DNA of 64,000 nt from Acidobacteria bacterium SCN 69-37 (GTDB lineage Bacteria; Acidobacteriota; Vicinamibacteria; Vicinamibacterales; SCN-69-37), in assembly GCA_001724025.1 (NCBI GenBank), contig MEDJ01000019.1:286359-350358 (forward strand), written 5' to 3'. Below the pieces are notes generated by a model, which saw only the letters and a program-made list of their open reading frames with translations, had not been told where the DNA came from and ran no database searches. Positions 46,122 to 55,210 of this stretch are shown in pieces. The translations under genes were made by a program, and so were the position numbers. Position 1 is the stretch's first letter, and each line of letters opens with the position of its first letter.

Positions 46122-49100
46122 GTGATCGGCACCGTGCGCTTTCACGCCGACCTGCACATCCACTCGAAATACTCACGCGCGACGAGCCGCGATCTCGATC
46201 TCGAACACCTGGCCTGGTGGGCGTGTCGCAAGGGCGTGTCGGTTGTCGGCACCGGCGACTTCACGCACCCGGTCTGGCGCGCGGAACTGAAGGACAAGCT
46301 CGTGCCGGCCGAACCCGGCCTGTTCCGCCTGCGCCCCGACCTGGAGCGTCAAGTAGCGGCTACGCTGCCGCCCGCCTGTCAAAGCACGACGCGATTCCTG
46401 CTGACGGTCGAGATCTCGACGATCTACAAGAAGGGCGATCGCACGCGCAAGATCCATCACCTGCTCTACGCGCCGGACTTCGCAACAGCGGATCGCATCG
46501 CCGAACGGCTCGCGCGCATCGGGAACATCGCCTCGGACGGCCGGCCGATCCTCGGCCTGGATTCGCGCCACCTGCTCGAGATCACACTCGAGTCCGACCC
46601 GGGCGCGTACCTGATTCCGGCGCACATCTGGACCCCGTGGTTCGCCGTGCTCGGTTCGCAATCGGGCTTCGACACGATTGTCGACTGCTACGGCGATCTC
46701 TCGAGCCACATCTTCGCCGTCGAGACCGGCCTGTCGTCCGATCCCGCGATGAACTGGCGGCTCTCGCAGCTCGACCGCTACAGGCTCGTTTCGAATTCCG
46801 ACGCGCACTCGCCGGGCAAGCTCGGACGCGAGGCCACGACGTTCGAGACGGACCTCGACTACTTCGCGATCCGCCGCGCGCTCGAAACGGGCGAGGGCTA
46901 CGTCGGCACCGTCGAGTTCTTTCCGGAGGAGGGCAAGTATCACCACGACGGGCACCGCAAGTGCGACGTCCGGATGACGCCGGACGAGACGCGCGCGCAC
47001 GACTATCGGTGCCCGGTCTGCGGCCACGCCCCCACCGTTGGCGTCCTGCACCGCGTCGACACGCTCGCCGATCGCGCCGAGGCCGACGTGACACCGCCAC
47101 CAACCGCCGGTGTGGTCTCGAGCCTGGTGCCCCTGCCCGAGGTGCTCTCGGAAATCGTGGCCAGCGGGCCGGCGAGCAAGACCGTGGGCCGGCACTACGA
47201 CCGGCTGCTCGCCACGCTCGGCAACGAACTGTCGATTCTGCGCGACGTGCCGGTGGAAGACATCGCGCACACGTCCTCGTCACTGCTCGCCGACGCGGTC
47301 TCGCGCCTGCGCGCCGGCGCCGTCACCCGCGAGGCCGGGTACGACGGCGAATACGGAGTCATCCGCCTGTTCGACGAGGCCGAACTTCGACGGCTGACGA
47401 CAGGGGGCCTGCTGTTCGGCGAACCGGCGCGACGCACGAAAGCGGCGCGCGCCTCCGAACCGGCGCCAGCATCGCCGGCACCACCGCCAACGCCCACGAC
47501 GCCAGGTGCTGGCGGCGCGACAGGCATCCTTGCCGCGCTCGACGACGACCAGCGCCGCGCCGCGTGCGCGATCGACGGTGCGCTCGCGATCGTGGCCGGT
47601 CCGGGGTCGGGCAAGACGCGCACGCTCACGCACAGGATCGCGCACCTGGTCGCGGACTGCGGCGTACCGGCCGCATCGTGTCTGGCGATCACCTTCACAC
47701 GACGGGCCGCGGGCGAGATGCGCGATCGACTGACGGCCCTGCTCGGCGATGCCGCCGGCCCGGTCGCCGTCCACACCTTCCACTCGCTCGGCCTCGCACT
47801 GCTGCGCCAGCACCCGGGTGCCGCCGGTCTTCAACCGGGCTTCCGCGTGGCCAGCGAGGCCAGACGCCTCGCGATCCTGGCCGACGCGCTTTCACTGACG
47901 CCCGATCGCGCAGAGGCGACACTGCGGGCGATCGCCCGCATCAAGCGCGCGCCCGATCCCGCGGCCGTCCGCACGCGCCACGCCGACGCCGAGACGCTCC
48001 GCGTCTATCAGGCCGCGATGGCCCGGGCGAACCTCGTCGATTTCGATGACCTGATCACCCTCGCGATTCGGGCCCTCAGCGAGGATGCGTCGATCGCCGC
48101 AGCCTGGCGTGCGCGGTTCCGCCACGTGTCGGTCGACGAATTCCAGGACGTCGACGTCCACCAGTACCGCCTGCTCACGCTCATCGCGCCGCCCGGCAGT
48201 CCTCTGTGCGTGATTGGCGATCCGGACCAGGCGATCTACGGCTTCCGCGGCGCAGACGCCGCCTGTTTCGATCGCTTCGCTGCCGACTACGCCGGCGCCA
48301 CCACGATCACGCTGGCGCGCAACTATCGGTCGACGGGCACCATCGTGACCGCATCGTCCCGCATGGTCGGCGGCACGGATGACGAGGTGATGGCGCGCAT
48401 CGTCCGCGGGATGCACGAACGGATCACGGTGCAGGCCGTGCCCACGGATCGTGCCGAGGCCGATCTCGTCGTCAAGACGATCGAACGGCTGATCGGCGGG
48501 CGTGATCTGCACGCGATCGACACGGCCGCATCCACCGACCGCAGTCACGCGTCGCTGGGGTTCGCGGACTTCGCGGTGCTGTATCGCACCAGCGCGCAGG
48601 TCGACGTGCTGCGCGAGGCGTTCGCGCGATCGGGCCTGCCCTTTGCCGTGCACGGTCACGAGCCGATTCTCGCGGAGCCTGCTGTCGCGGCGGCGATGGA
48701 CGCCTGGCAACAGGCGCGCGCGACCGCGCCGGCTGCCGAACCCATCGTCGATCAGTTGCGGCGTGTGGCGGTTCCGGATGACGCGGCCCGCGAGCGCGCC
48801 ATGCAGCAGTTGATCGTGCTCGCTGACGGGTGCGCGAACGATCCCGAGCGGTTCGTCGATGCGGTCTCGATGGCCGCTGAAGCCGACTTCCGCGATCCGC
48901 GAGCGGATCGCATCTCGCTGCTGACCCTGCACGCCGCGAAAGGGCTCGAGTTCGCGGTGGTCTTCATCGTCGGCCTCGAAGATGGCGTGCTGCCGCTGCG
49001 GTGGGGACCGCTCGATGCCGAGGCCGAGGCCGAAGAACGACGGCTGTTCTACGTCGGGATGACGCGGGCCCGCGATCGCCTGTTCCTCAGCCATGCGGCC

Positions 49101-49238
49101 GAACGATCCTGGCGCGGCCGGTCGCGTGCCTCCACCGTGTCGCCGTTCCTGCATGACATCGAGCAGGTCTGGCTGCAGCACGAACGGGTCGAGGCCAGGC
49201 GGCAGGCACCTGGCGGCCGTCAACTGCGCCTGATCTGA
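46122..49238 (+). CDS. PHP-domain nuclease (endonuclease Q-like, with zinc ribbon) fused to a UvrD/PcrA-type helicase
   Basis: N-terminus: HADLHIHSKYSRATS, GTGDFTHP, PAHIWTPWF, SNSDAHSP and CPVCGH. C-terminus: helicase motifs GPGSGKT, VDEFQDVD, GDPDQAIYGFRGA, NYRS, HAAKGLEFAVVF and YVGMTRAR. The start is GTG 46122 or 46134. Confidence 0.88.
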   Translation: MIGTVRFHADLHIHSKYSRATSRDLDLEHLAWWACRKGVSVVGTGDFTHPVWRAELKDKLVPAEPGLFRLRPDLERQVAATLPPACQSTTRFLLTVEISTIYKKGDRTRKIHHLLYAPDFATADRIAERLARIGNIASDGRPILGLDSRHLLEITLESDPGAYLIPAHIWTPWFAVLGSQSGFDTIVDCYGDLSSHIFAVETGLSSDPAMNWRLSQLDRYRLVSNSDAHSPGKLGREATTFETDLDYFAIRRALETGEGYVGTVEFFPEEGKYHHDGHRKCDVRMTPDETRAHDYRCPVCGHAPTVGVLHRVDTLADRAEADVTPPPTAGVVSSLVPLPEVLSEIVASGPASKTVGRHYDRLLATLGNELSILRDVPVEDIAHTSSSLLADAVSRLRAGAVTREAGYDGEYGVIRLFDEAELRRLTTGGLLFGEPARRTKAARASEPAPASPAPPPTPTTPGAGGATGILAALDDDQRRAACAIDGALAIVAGPGSGKTRTLTHRIAHLVADCGVPAASCLAITFTRRAAGEMRDRLTALLGDAAGPVAVHTFHSLGLALLRQHPGAAGLQPGFRVASEARRLAILADALSLTPDRAEATLRAIARIKRAPDPAAVRTRHADAETLRVYQAAMARANLVDFDDLITLAIRALSEDASIAAAWRARFRHVSVDEFQDVDVHQYRLLTLIAPPGSPLCVIGDPDQAIYGFRGADAACFDRFAADYAGATTITLARNYRSTGTIVTASSRMVGGTDDEVMARIVRGMHERITVQAVPTDRAEADLVVKTIERLIGGRDLHAIDTAASTDRSHASLGFADFAVLYRTSAQVDVLREAFARSGLPFAVHGHEPILAEPAVAAAMDAWQQARATAPAAEPIVDQLRRVAVPDDAARERAMQQLIVLADGCANDPERFVDAVSMAAEADFRDPRADRISLLTLHAAKGLEFAVVFIVGLEDGVLPLRWGPLDAEAEAEERRLFYVGMTRARDRLFLSHAAERSWRGRSRASTVSPFLHDIEQVWLQHERVEARRQAPGGRQLRLI

Positions 49239-49279
49239 CAGATCTCCGGGGTGCCGCCACGGTGTTGTACGCTGCTCGG

Positions 49280-49933
49280 ATGCGAATCGTCGCGCGCTCG
49301 CTCGCGTTGCCGGCCCTGCTCGTCCTCCTGATCGGCGCCGGGACGGCTGCCGCGCAGGAGCAGCGGCCGCTGCCGATCGCGGCGGCCGATCTGCGCGGGT
49401 TCTACGCGGGGCTGGGCCAGGATCCCGTGACCGCCGCCAGTCTCGACGTGACGCCGGACGACCTGCCGGCGCGTGGCCTCGGCGGCGTGGTGGGCGTGCA
49501 CCTCTACCCCCTGCGTGGCCGGACGATGGCGCTCGGCATCGGGGGCGAAGCGTTGATCGCGCGCGGACGACGCCAGGCGAAGGATGCGACGACGGATCAG
49601 CCGATTGGCGAGCCGATCGAGCAGCGACTCATCAGTATCTCCCCTCAGGTCTCGCTGAACTTCGGTCATCGCGAAGGCTGGAGCTACCTCAGCGCCGGCA
49701 TGGGGCGCGTCAGCTTCGAGACGTTCCGGGGCGCGCTGCCGCCATTCGAGAAGCCGCCGACGAAATCCACGATCAACATGGGCGGCGGCGCGCGCTGGTT
49801 CCTCAACGCGCACATGGCGTTCGCCTTCGACGTCCGCTTCTATCTCACACGCCCCGAGGCCGAGACCGATCTGTTCCCCGGCCGCCAGCGATCGCGCCTG
49901 ATGATCCTGTCGGCCGGACTCGCATTCAAATAG
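49280..49933 (+). CDS. Outer-membrane beta-barrel protein (hypothetical)
   Basis: Signal peptide ending AAAQ, alternating hydrophobic strands, and C-terminal ...ILSAGLAFK. Confidence 0.65.
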   Translation: MRIVARSLALPALLVLLIGAGTAAAQEQRPLPIAAADLRGFYAGLGQDPVTAASLDVTPDDLPARGLGGVVGVHLYPLRGRTMALGIGGEALIARGRRQAKDATTDQPIGEPIEQRLISISPQVSLNFGHREGWSYLSAGMGRVSFETFRGALPPFEKPPTKSTINMGGGARWFLNAHMAFAFDVRFYLTRPEAETDLFPGRQRSRLMILSAGLAFK

Positions 49934-50049
49934 ACCGCGTACGACGGCCCCTTCGCGGTCGCTCGATCGGTCGTCCTCTCGGCACGACGCCCGTGATATA
50001 ACTCCAGACGCTACATATCGATCATTCATGTCGGTGACCCGGAACGGGG

Positions 50050-51528
50050 GTGCGTGTGCGTCTTCGATGGTACGAGGTGGCGGCGGTCATCACGATCCTG
50101 CTGGGTGCCCCGGCGGCCGGCCGGGCCCAGACCTGGCGGGAAGTCCGCGGTGACCATTTCATCGTGCTCTCCGACGCACCGGAGCGGCGCGTGCGATCGA
50201 TCGCGTGGCAGTTCGAACAGATGCGATCGGCGATGGCCGAGGGGCTGCCCTGGACGACGCCGACGCTCGATCGTCCGGTCATCGTCATTGCCGCGCGCGA
50301 CGAGAACGGCATGCGCGCGCTCGCGCCACAGTTCTGGGAGCAGCGCGGCGGCACGCGGCCGACGAGCGTCTTCGTCGGCGGGCCGGACGCGTATTACATT
50401 GCGCTGCGCGCCGACGTGCAGGTCACCGCGCAACTGCAGAACCCGCACGCGGCCGCGTACTGGGCGTACAGCGGCCTCGTGCTGCAGCGCGCGCTCGGGA
50501 GGCGCCTGCCGCTGTGGCTCACCAACGGCCTGGCGGCCGTCCTGAGCAACACCATCGTCCGCAACAACGAAGTGGAGTTCGGCCGGCCGCAGCCGTGGAT
50601 GGCCGAACGCGCGAAGGAAGGTCCGCGCCTGCCGCTGCCGGCGCTCTTTGCCGTCGATCACGGCTCGCCGTCCTACCGCGGTGGCGTCGATCGCGAGCGG
50701 TTCGACGCGCAGACGTGGGCCCTCGTCCAGTTCCTGATCTTCGGCAACAAGGACAACGCGGCCGCACGCTTCGACCAGCTCATCGGCCAACTGGCCGCGG
50801 GCGTCCCGTCCGAACAGGCCGTGACGGCCGTCTACGGCAGCGTCGCGGCGCTCGACGAAGCGTATCTGCTCTACGTGCACCAGGGCGTGTACTCGTACAG
50901 CCGCCTGCCCACCGACACGGCCATCGTGGAGGCGCAACTCCCGGCGCGGGTCGCCGATCCGGCGGATCACATGGCCAGCCGCGCCGCGTTCCACGTCGCG
51001 ATGAACCGGCCGGCCGAGGCACGGGCGCTGATCGCGGCCGCGCGCCAGGCAGACCCGGCATCACCGGCCGCGGATACTGTCGAGGCCGTGCTCCTCGATC
51101 GCGAACAGCAGCCGGACGAGGCGCGCAAGCTGTTCGCGAAAGCCGCCGAAGCCGGCTCGTCGAGTTTCTGGACCTACTACCGGCTCGCGACGCTGCAGGC
51201 GTCTGGCCGGATGACACCCGACGATCAGGCGGCCATCGAGCCGTGGCTCGAACGCGCCGCCGCGCTGAACCCGCGGTTCGCACCCGCGTGGGCGTTTCTG
51301 GCTGACATCCAGGGCAACGGGGGACAGACGGACGCGGCCATCGAGTCGGCACGTCGCGCCGTCGCGCTCGACGGCGGCAACGTGACGCACGCACTCCGCC
51401 TGGTTCGCCTGCTCGCCGCGGCCTCGCGCAGCGACGAGGCGCGCGCGGTCGCCGAACAGGCCCTGCCGCTGGCCGACGCCCAGCAACGGCAGCTCTTCGA
51501 AGCGATCCTGGCCGGCAGCGCGAAGTAG
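50050..51528 (+). CDS. Secreted protein with C-terminal TPR-like repeats (hypothetical)
   Basis: GTG start and signal peptide. The C-terminal 170 aa are helical repeats (NPRFAPAWAFLADIQGNGGQTDAAIESARRAVALD). Confidence 0.7.
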   Translation: MRVRLRWYEVAAVITILLGAPAAGRAQTWREVRGDHFIVLSDAPERRVRSIAWQFEQMRSAMAEGLPWTTPTLDRPVIVIAARDENGMRALAPQFWEQRGGTRPTSVFVGGPDAYYIALRADVQVTAQLQNPHAAAYWAYSGLVLQRALGRRLPLWLTNGLAAVLSNTIVRNNEVEFGRPQPWMAERAKEGPRLPLPALFAVDHGSPSYRGGVDRERFDAQTWALVQFLIFGNKDNAAARFDQLIGQLAAGVPSEQAVTAVYGSVAALDEAYLLYVHQGVYSYSRLPTDTAIVEAQLPARVADPADHMASRAAFHVAMNRPAEARALIAAARQADPASPAADTVEAVLLDREQQPDEARKLFAKAAEAGSSSFWTYYRLATLQASGRMTPDDQAAIEPWLERAAALNPRFAPAWAFLADIQGNGGQTDAAIESARRAVALDGGNVTHALRLVRLLAAASRSDEARAVAEQALPLADAQQRQLFEAILAGSAK

Positions 51529-51625
51529 CAGACGACCGATGACCGACGACCGGCGACGGGCGGCGGGCGGCGACTACGCACATCCGGCACGTCGAGTCCC
51601 GCCGGGCGTGCGATGTGTCTGGCAT

Positions 51626-51651
51626 GGCCGGACGGTCAATCTGGCCTTTTT
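51626..51651 (+). terminator. Rho-independent terminator
   Basis: GGCCGGA-cggtcaa-TCTGGCC followed by TTTTT. It marks the start of an AT-rich patch. Confidence 0.65.
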
Positions 51652-51839
51652 AGAGAGCCTGATAAATATGGATGTGACCTTTTAAAAAGACCACATCGTG
51701 CTGCCCTGCTGAGCATGGCATTGCACCCCGTTCTCGCGGAGAAGCTGAGCGAGGCGGTGTTGCCCGACCGGCTGTCCGCATTCACGCGGCGGGACATTCG
51801 ACTCCCTGTGGTCGCCGTAAGGTCCATTCGGTCATCAGG

Positions 51840-53036
51840 ATGCGCCGCGCCGGAAAAACCACCTTCTTGCGGCAATTGCGCGATGCCCGCCGCGCCACGG
51901 TCCCACCGGAGCAGGCCGTCTTCCTCGGATTCGACGACGATCGACTGGAGGGACTCGGCGTCGACCAGCTCGGTTTCCTGCTGGAGGAGTATTACCGTCG
52001 GCACCCGGCACTACGCGGGCGCAAGACAGTGCTCTGGTTGCTGGACGAAATTCAACTCGTGGCGGGCTGGGAGCGCTTCGTGCGCCGCGTGCTCGATACG
52101 GAAGCCGTCGAGATCGTCGTCTCGGGGTCATCGGCGCGCATGCTCTCGCGCGAGGTCCACACGTCACTGCGCGGTCGTGGACTGCCGACCGTGGTCCGGC
52201 CGTTCAGCTTTCGCGAATACCTGCGACACCGCGGCGAAGAGCCGGATCGCGAGCCCGCACGCTGGACGGCGGCGATGCGTTCACTCGTCGAGAAGCGATT
52301 CCGCGAATTCCTGGTCGAGGGCGGGTTCCCTGAGACACAGGGCCTGCCCGCGGCGCTGCGGATCGAGCTCCTGCAGAACTATGTCGACACGGTGCTCTTC
52401 CGCGACATCGTCGAGCGATATCAGGTGTCGCAGGTGGCTGCGCTACGCTGGCTTGTGCGGCATTGCCTGCGCAATCCGGCAGGCAGCGTCAGCGTCCATC
52501 GGCTCTATGGCGATCTGAGGGCGCAGGGACACGGCGTGGCGAAGGACGCGTTGCACGCGATGTTCGGTCACCTGCTGGATGCATTTCTGCTGAGCGCCGT
52601 GCCCATCGCGACCGACTCGGAGCGCCAGCGTAACTCGAACCCCCGAAAGGTCTATCCCGTCGATCCTGGACTGATCAAGGCATTCGACGCGAGCGGCCGC
52701 GCGAACCTCGGTCACGCACTGGAAACCGTCGTCATGAACGAGCTCGAACGCCGCGGAGCGGACGTTGGCTATGTGAAGACGCGCGGCGGGCTGGAGGTCG
52801 ACATGCTGGCCCGGTATCCGGCGGCCGATCCCGAGCTCATTCAAGTGTGCGCCGACCCGTCCGCACCCGACACACTCGCCCGCGAAGTCCGTGCCCTGCG
52901 CGCGGCCGCCGAGGAGCACGCTGGCGCGATCCAACGCCTGCTCGTCCTCGACCGCGATGCGTTGACCCTGGCACACGCGCCTGGTGTGGACGTCCAGCCT
53001 GCCTACGAGTGGCTCCTAGCGCCGCCGAATGTGTGA
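51840..53036 (+). CDS. COG1373-type AAA ATPase (AAA_14 + DUF4143); N-terminus apparently frameshifted
   Basis: Walker A region IRMRRAGKTTFLRQL, Walker B WLLDEIQ, and a C-terminal PD-(D/E)xK-like DUF4143 region. The expected N-terminal 35 aa (MALHPVLAEKLSEAVLPDRLSAFTRRDIRLPVVA) are in the -1 frame, starting at 51715. Confidence 0.8.
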   Translation: MRRAGKTTFLRQLRDARRATVPPEQAVFLGFDDDRLEGLGVDQLGFLLEEYYRRHPALRGRKTVLWLLDEIQLVAGWERFVRRVLDTEAVEIVVSGSSARMLSREVHTSLRGRGLPTVVRPFSFREYLRHRGEEPDREPARWTAAMRSLVEKRFREFLVEGGFPETQGLPAALRIELLQNYVDTVLFRDIVERYQVSQVAALRWLVRHCLRNPAGSVSVHRLYGDLRAQGHGVAKDALHAMFGHLLDAFLLSAVPIATDSERQRNSNPRKVYPVDPGLIKAFDASGRANLGHALETVVMNELERRGADVGYVKTRGGLEVDMLARYPAADPELIQVCADPSAPDTLAREVRALRAAAEEHAGAIQRLLVLDRDALTLAHAPGVDVQPAYEWLLAPPNV

Positions 53037-53333
53037 TCCCAGGTCTGGCGCCTGCGCGCCGAGCTCGTACATCCTACCCTTCACGTAGCACGCGCGCCGG
53101 ATCGACGCGCGCGGCGCGGCAGGCTGGTCGCGGTACGTCTCTTCGATCGCACCGGGCGCGCCGAGCCGCAGCCGTGCCCTGCGACGGGCTTCGCCGCGCG
53201 GCAGACCCACGCGCACGAAGTCGTCGGTCGCCAGTTCCAGGTGCTCCTCCAGTTCCTCCCGCACACGCGCGTCATTGCGGCGCCAGGGGAGGGAACCACA
53301 GAGCCGCGTCGCGACGCGTCGCACGGCCTTCAC
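53016..53333 (-). pseudogene. Permease-prefix fragment of an ADOP/MacB-type permease
   Basis: RNDARVREELEEHLELATDDFVRVGLPRGEARRRARLRLGAPGAIEETYRDQ matches the N-terminal prefix that precedes ADOP permeases. There is no TM domain. The frame dies at the 3' end of the ATPase gene. ATGA-type overlap with padR. Confidence 0.6.
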
Positions 53334-53674
53334 AGCAGGTCCTCGGCCTTGACCGCGATGAACCGATCCATCAGGGCCGTGGTCTCGGCCCAGTCCTGCG
53401 TTTCAGCGCGAAGCCGTCGTCGCCCGGCGGCGGTCAGTCGATAGAAGCGCGCACGCCGGTTGTTTTCCGACGTGCCCCACTCGGACGTAATCGCCCCCTC
53501 CTGCTCCAGTTTCAGCAGCACCGGGTACAGGGTGCCCTGGTTGACGGCCAGCAGATCGCCGCTGATCTGCTCGATGCGCCTGGCGATTCCGTATCCGTGC
53601 AGCGCACCCAGGACGTCGAGCGTCTTGAGCACCATCAGCGCCAGCGTGCCTTGCTGCACGTCCCGCTTCGCCAT
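53330..53674 (-). CDS. PadR-family transcriptional regulator
   Basis: LALMVLKTLDVLGALHGYGIARRI...GTLYPVLLKLEQEGAI...RRARFYRLTAAGR. AGGAGG RBS. Confidence 0.9.
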   Translation of the reverse strand: MAKRDVQQGTLALMVLKTLDVLGALHGYGIARRIEQISGDLLAVNQGTLYPVLLKLEQEGAITSEWGTSENNRRARFYRLTAAGRRRLRAETQDWAETTALMDRFIAVKAEDLL

Positions 53675-53905
53675 GACCAGTTCCTCCTATTGTGTTCCCA
53701 AACGAGTCTCGCACATGTTCATTTGGGTAAGCAACAGGTACGAGGGAGCGTTCGACGCTAAGATGTGGCCACCCTTTTCGAGGAGTTGCGCGATGGAGCG
53801 TCAGCAGAGAGACGGGCGATCGTGTTCCGGTGACGCGGGCAGGCCTGGCCCGGGCGGCCCGGCGGCGGGCACCGTGTCCGGCGTCGTTGCCGAGGTCTCG
53901 AACGC

Positions 53906-55189
53906 GTGAGCCGCGAGACCGCTCCGGCACCTGCGGATCGTTACGCGTGGTTCGTCGTGGCGCTGCTCGTGCCCGTCGCGCTGCTCAACTATCTCGATCG
54001 CCAGCTGCTCGCATCGATGAAGTTCTCGATGATGAGCGACATCCCCGACATCGGGCTCGAGGCCAACTGGGGGACGATTCTGGGACTCTTCAAGTGGGTC
54101 TACGCCATCATGAGCCCGATCGGCGGCTATCTGGCGGATCGCTACAGCCGGCGTCACGTGATTGCCGGCAGCCTGCTGGTCTGGTCGCTCGTCACCTGGC
54201 TCACCGGGCACGTCACCACGTTCAACGAGCTGCTGGTCACGCGCGGCCTGATGGGCATCAGCGAAGCGTTCTACATCCCGACGGCCCTCGCGCTGATTGC
54301 CGACTACCATCGTGGGGCCACCCGCTCGCGCGCGGTGGGCCTGCACCAGATGGGCATCTACGTCGGGGTGATCGTCGGCGGGTTCGGCGGCTACATTGCC
54401 GACAGCCCGGCGTTCGGCTGGCGATGGGCGTTCGCGACCTGCGGCCTCGCGGGCGCGGTCTACGCGCTGCCGCTGTTCCTGCTGCTGCGCAATCGCGCGA
54501 CGACGACCCGTGCGGACGAGACGACACAGACCGGAAGCGGCAGTCCCTGGCGCGCTGCACGCGAACTGCTCGGCAACGGCTCGTTCCTGCTCCTCGTCCT
54601 CTATTTCACGCTGCCGGCCATGGCTGGTTGGATCGTGCGCGACTGGATGCCGGCCATTCTCCGCGCGGAGTTCGGGATCGGTCAGGGGCTGGCCGGTGTG
54701 TCGGCCACCATCTACTGGCAGGTGGCCGCCATCGTCGGTGCCGTCGCCGGCGGCTGGCTGGCCGACAGGTGGATGCAGCGGACCAACCGCGGCCGCATCT
54801 ACACGAGTGCGCTCGGCATGGCCATGATCGTCCCGGCGATGTTCGGCGTCGGCTACGCCCCGGAAACCGGCCTGCTGTGGGTGGCGATCGTGTTCCTCAT
54901 CCTGTTCGGGCTCGGGTGGGGATTCTTCGATGGCAACAACATGCCGATCCTCTGCCAGATCGCGCGCCCATCGCTGCGCGCGACCGGCTACGGCATCATG
55001 AACTTCGTCAGCATCGGCTGCGGCGGTCTCGCCGACTGGGGATTCGGCGTGCTGCGCGATCGTCAGGTACCGCTGTTCGGCATCTTCTCGGCCTTCGCGA
55101 GCCTCGCCGTGCTCTCGGCCGTCTTCGTCCTCCTGATCCGGCCGCGCGACACGGAGACCGTGTCGTCGGCCGGCGTTCCCGGCAGATAG
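53906..55189 (+). CDS. MFS transporter (anion:cation symporter-like)
   Basis: 12 TM helices. GGYLADRYSRR (MFS motif A-like). Confidence 0.9.
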   Translation: MSRETAPAPADRYAWFVVALLVPVALLNYLDRQLLASMKFSMMSDIPDIGLEANWGTILGLFKWVYAIMSPIGGYLADRYSRRHVIAGSLLVWSLVTWLTGHVTTFNELLVTRGLMGISEAFYIPTALALIADYHRGATRSRAVGLHQMGIYVGVIVGGFGGYIADSPAFGWRWAFATCGLAGAVYALPLFLLLRNRATTTRADETTQTGSGSPWRAARELLGNGSFLLLVLYFTLPAMAGWIVRDWMPAILRAEFGIGQGLAGVSATIYWQVAAIVGAVAGGWLADRWMQRTNRGRIYTSALGMAMIVPAMFGVGYAPETGLLWVAIVFLILFGLGWGFFDGNNMPILCQIARPSLRATGYGIMNFVSIGCGGLADWGFGVLRDRQVPLFGIFSAFASLAVLSAVFVLLIRPRDTETVSSAGVPGR

Positions 55190-55210
55190 CTGCGTTTCGA
55201 GGCCGCACCC

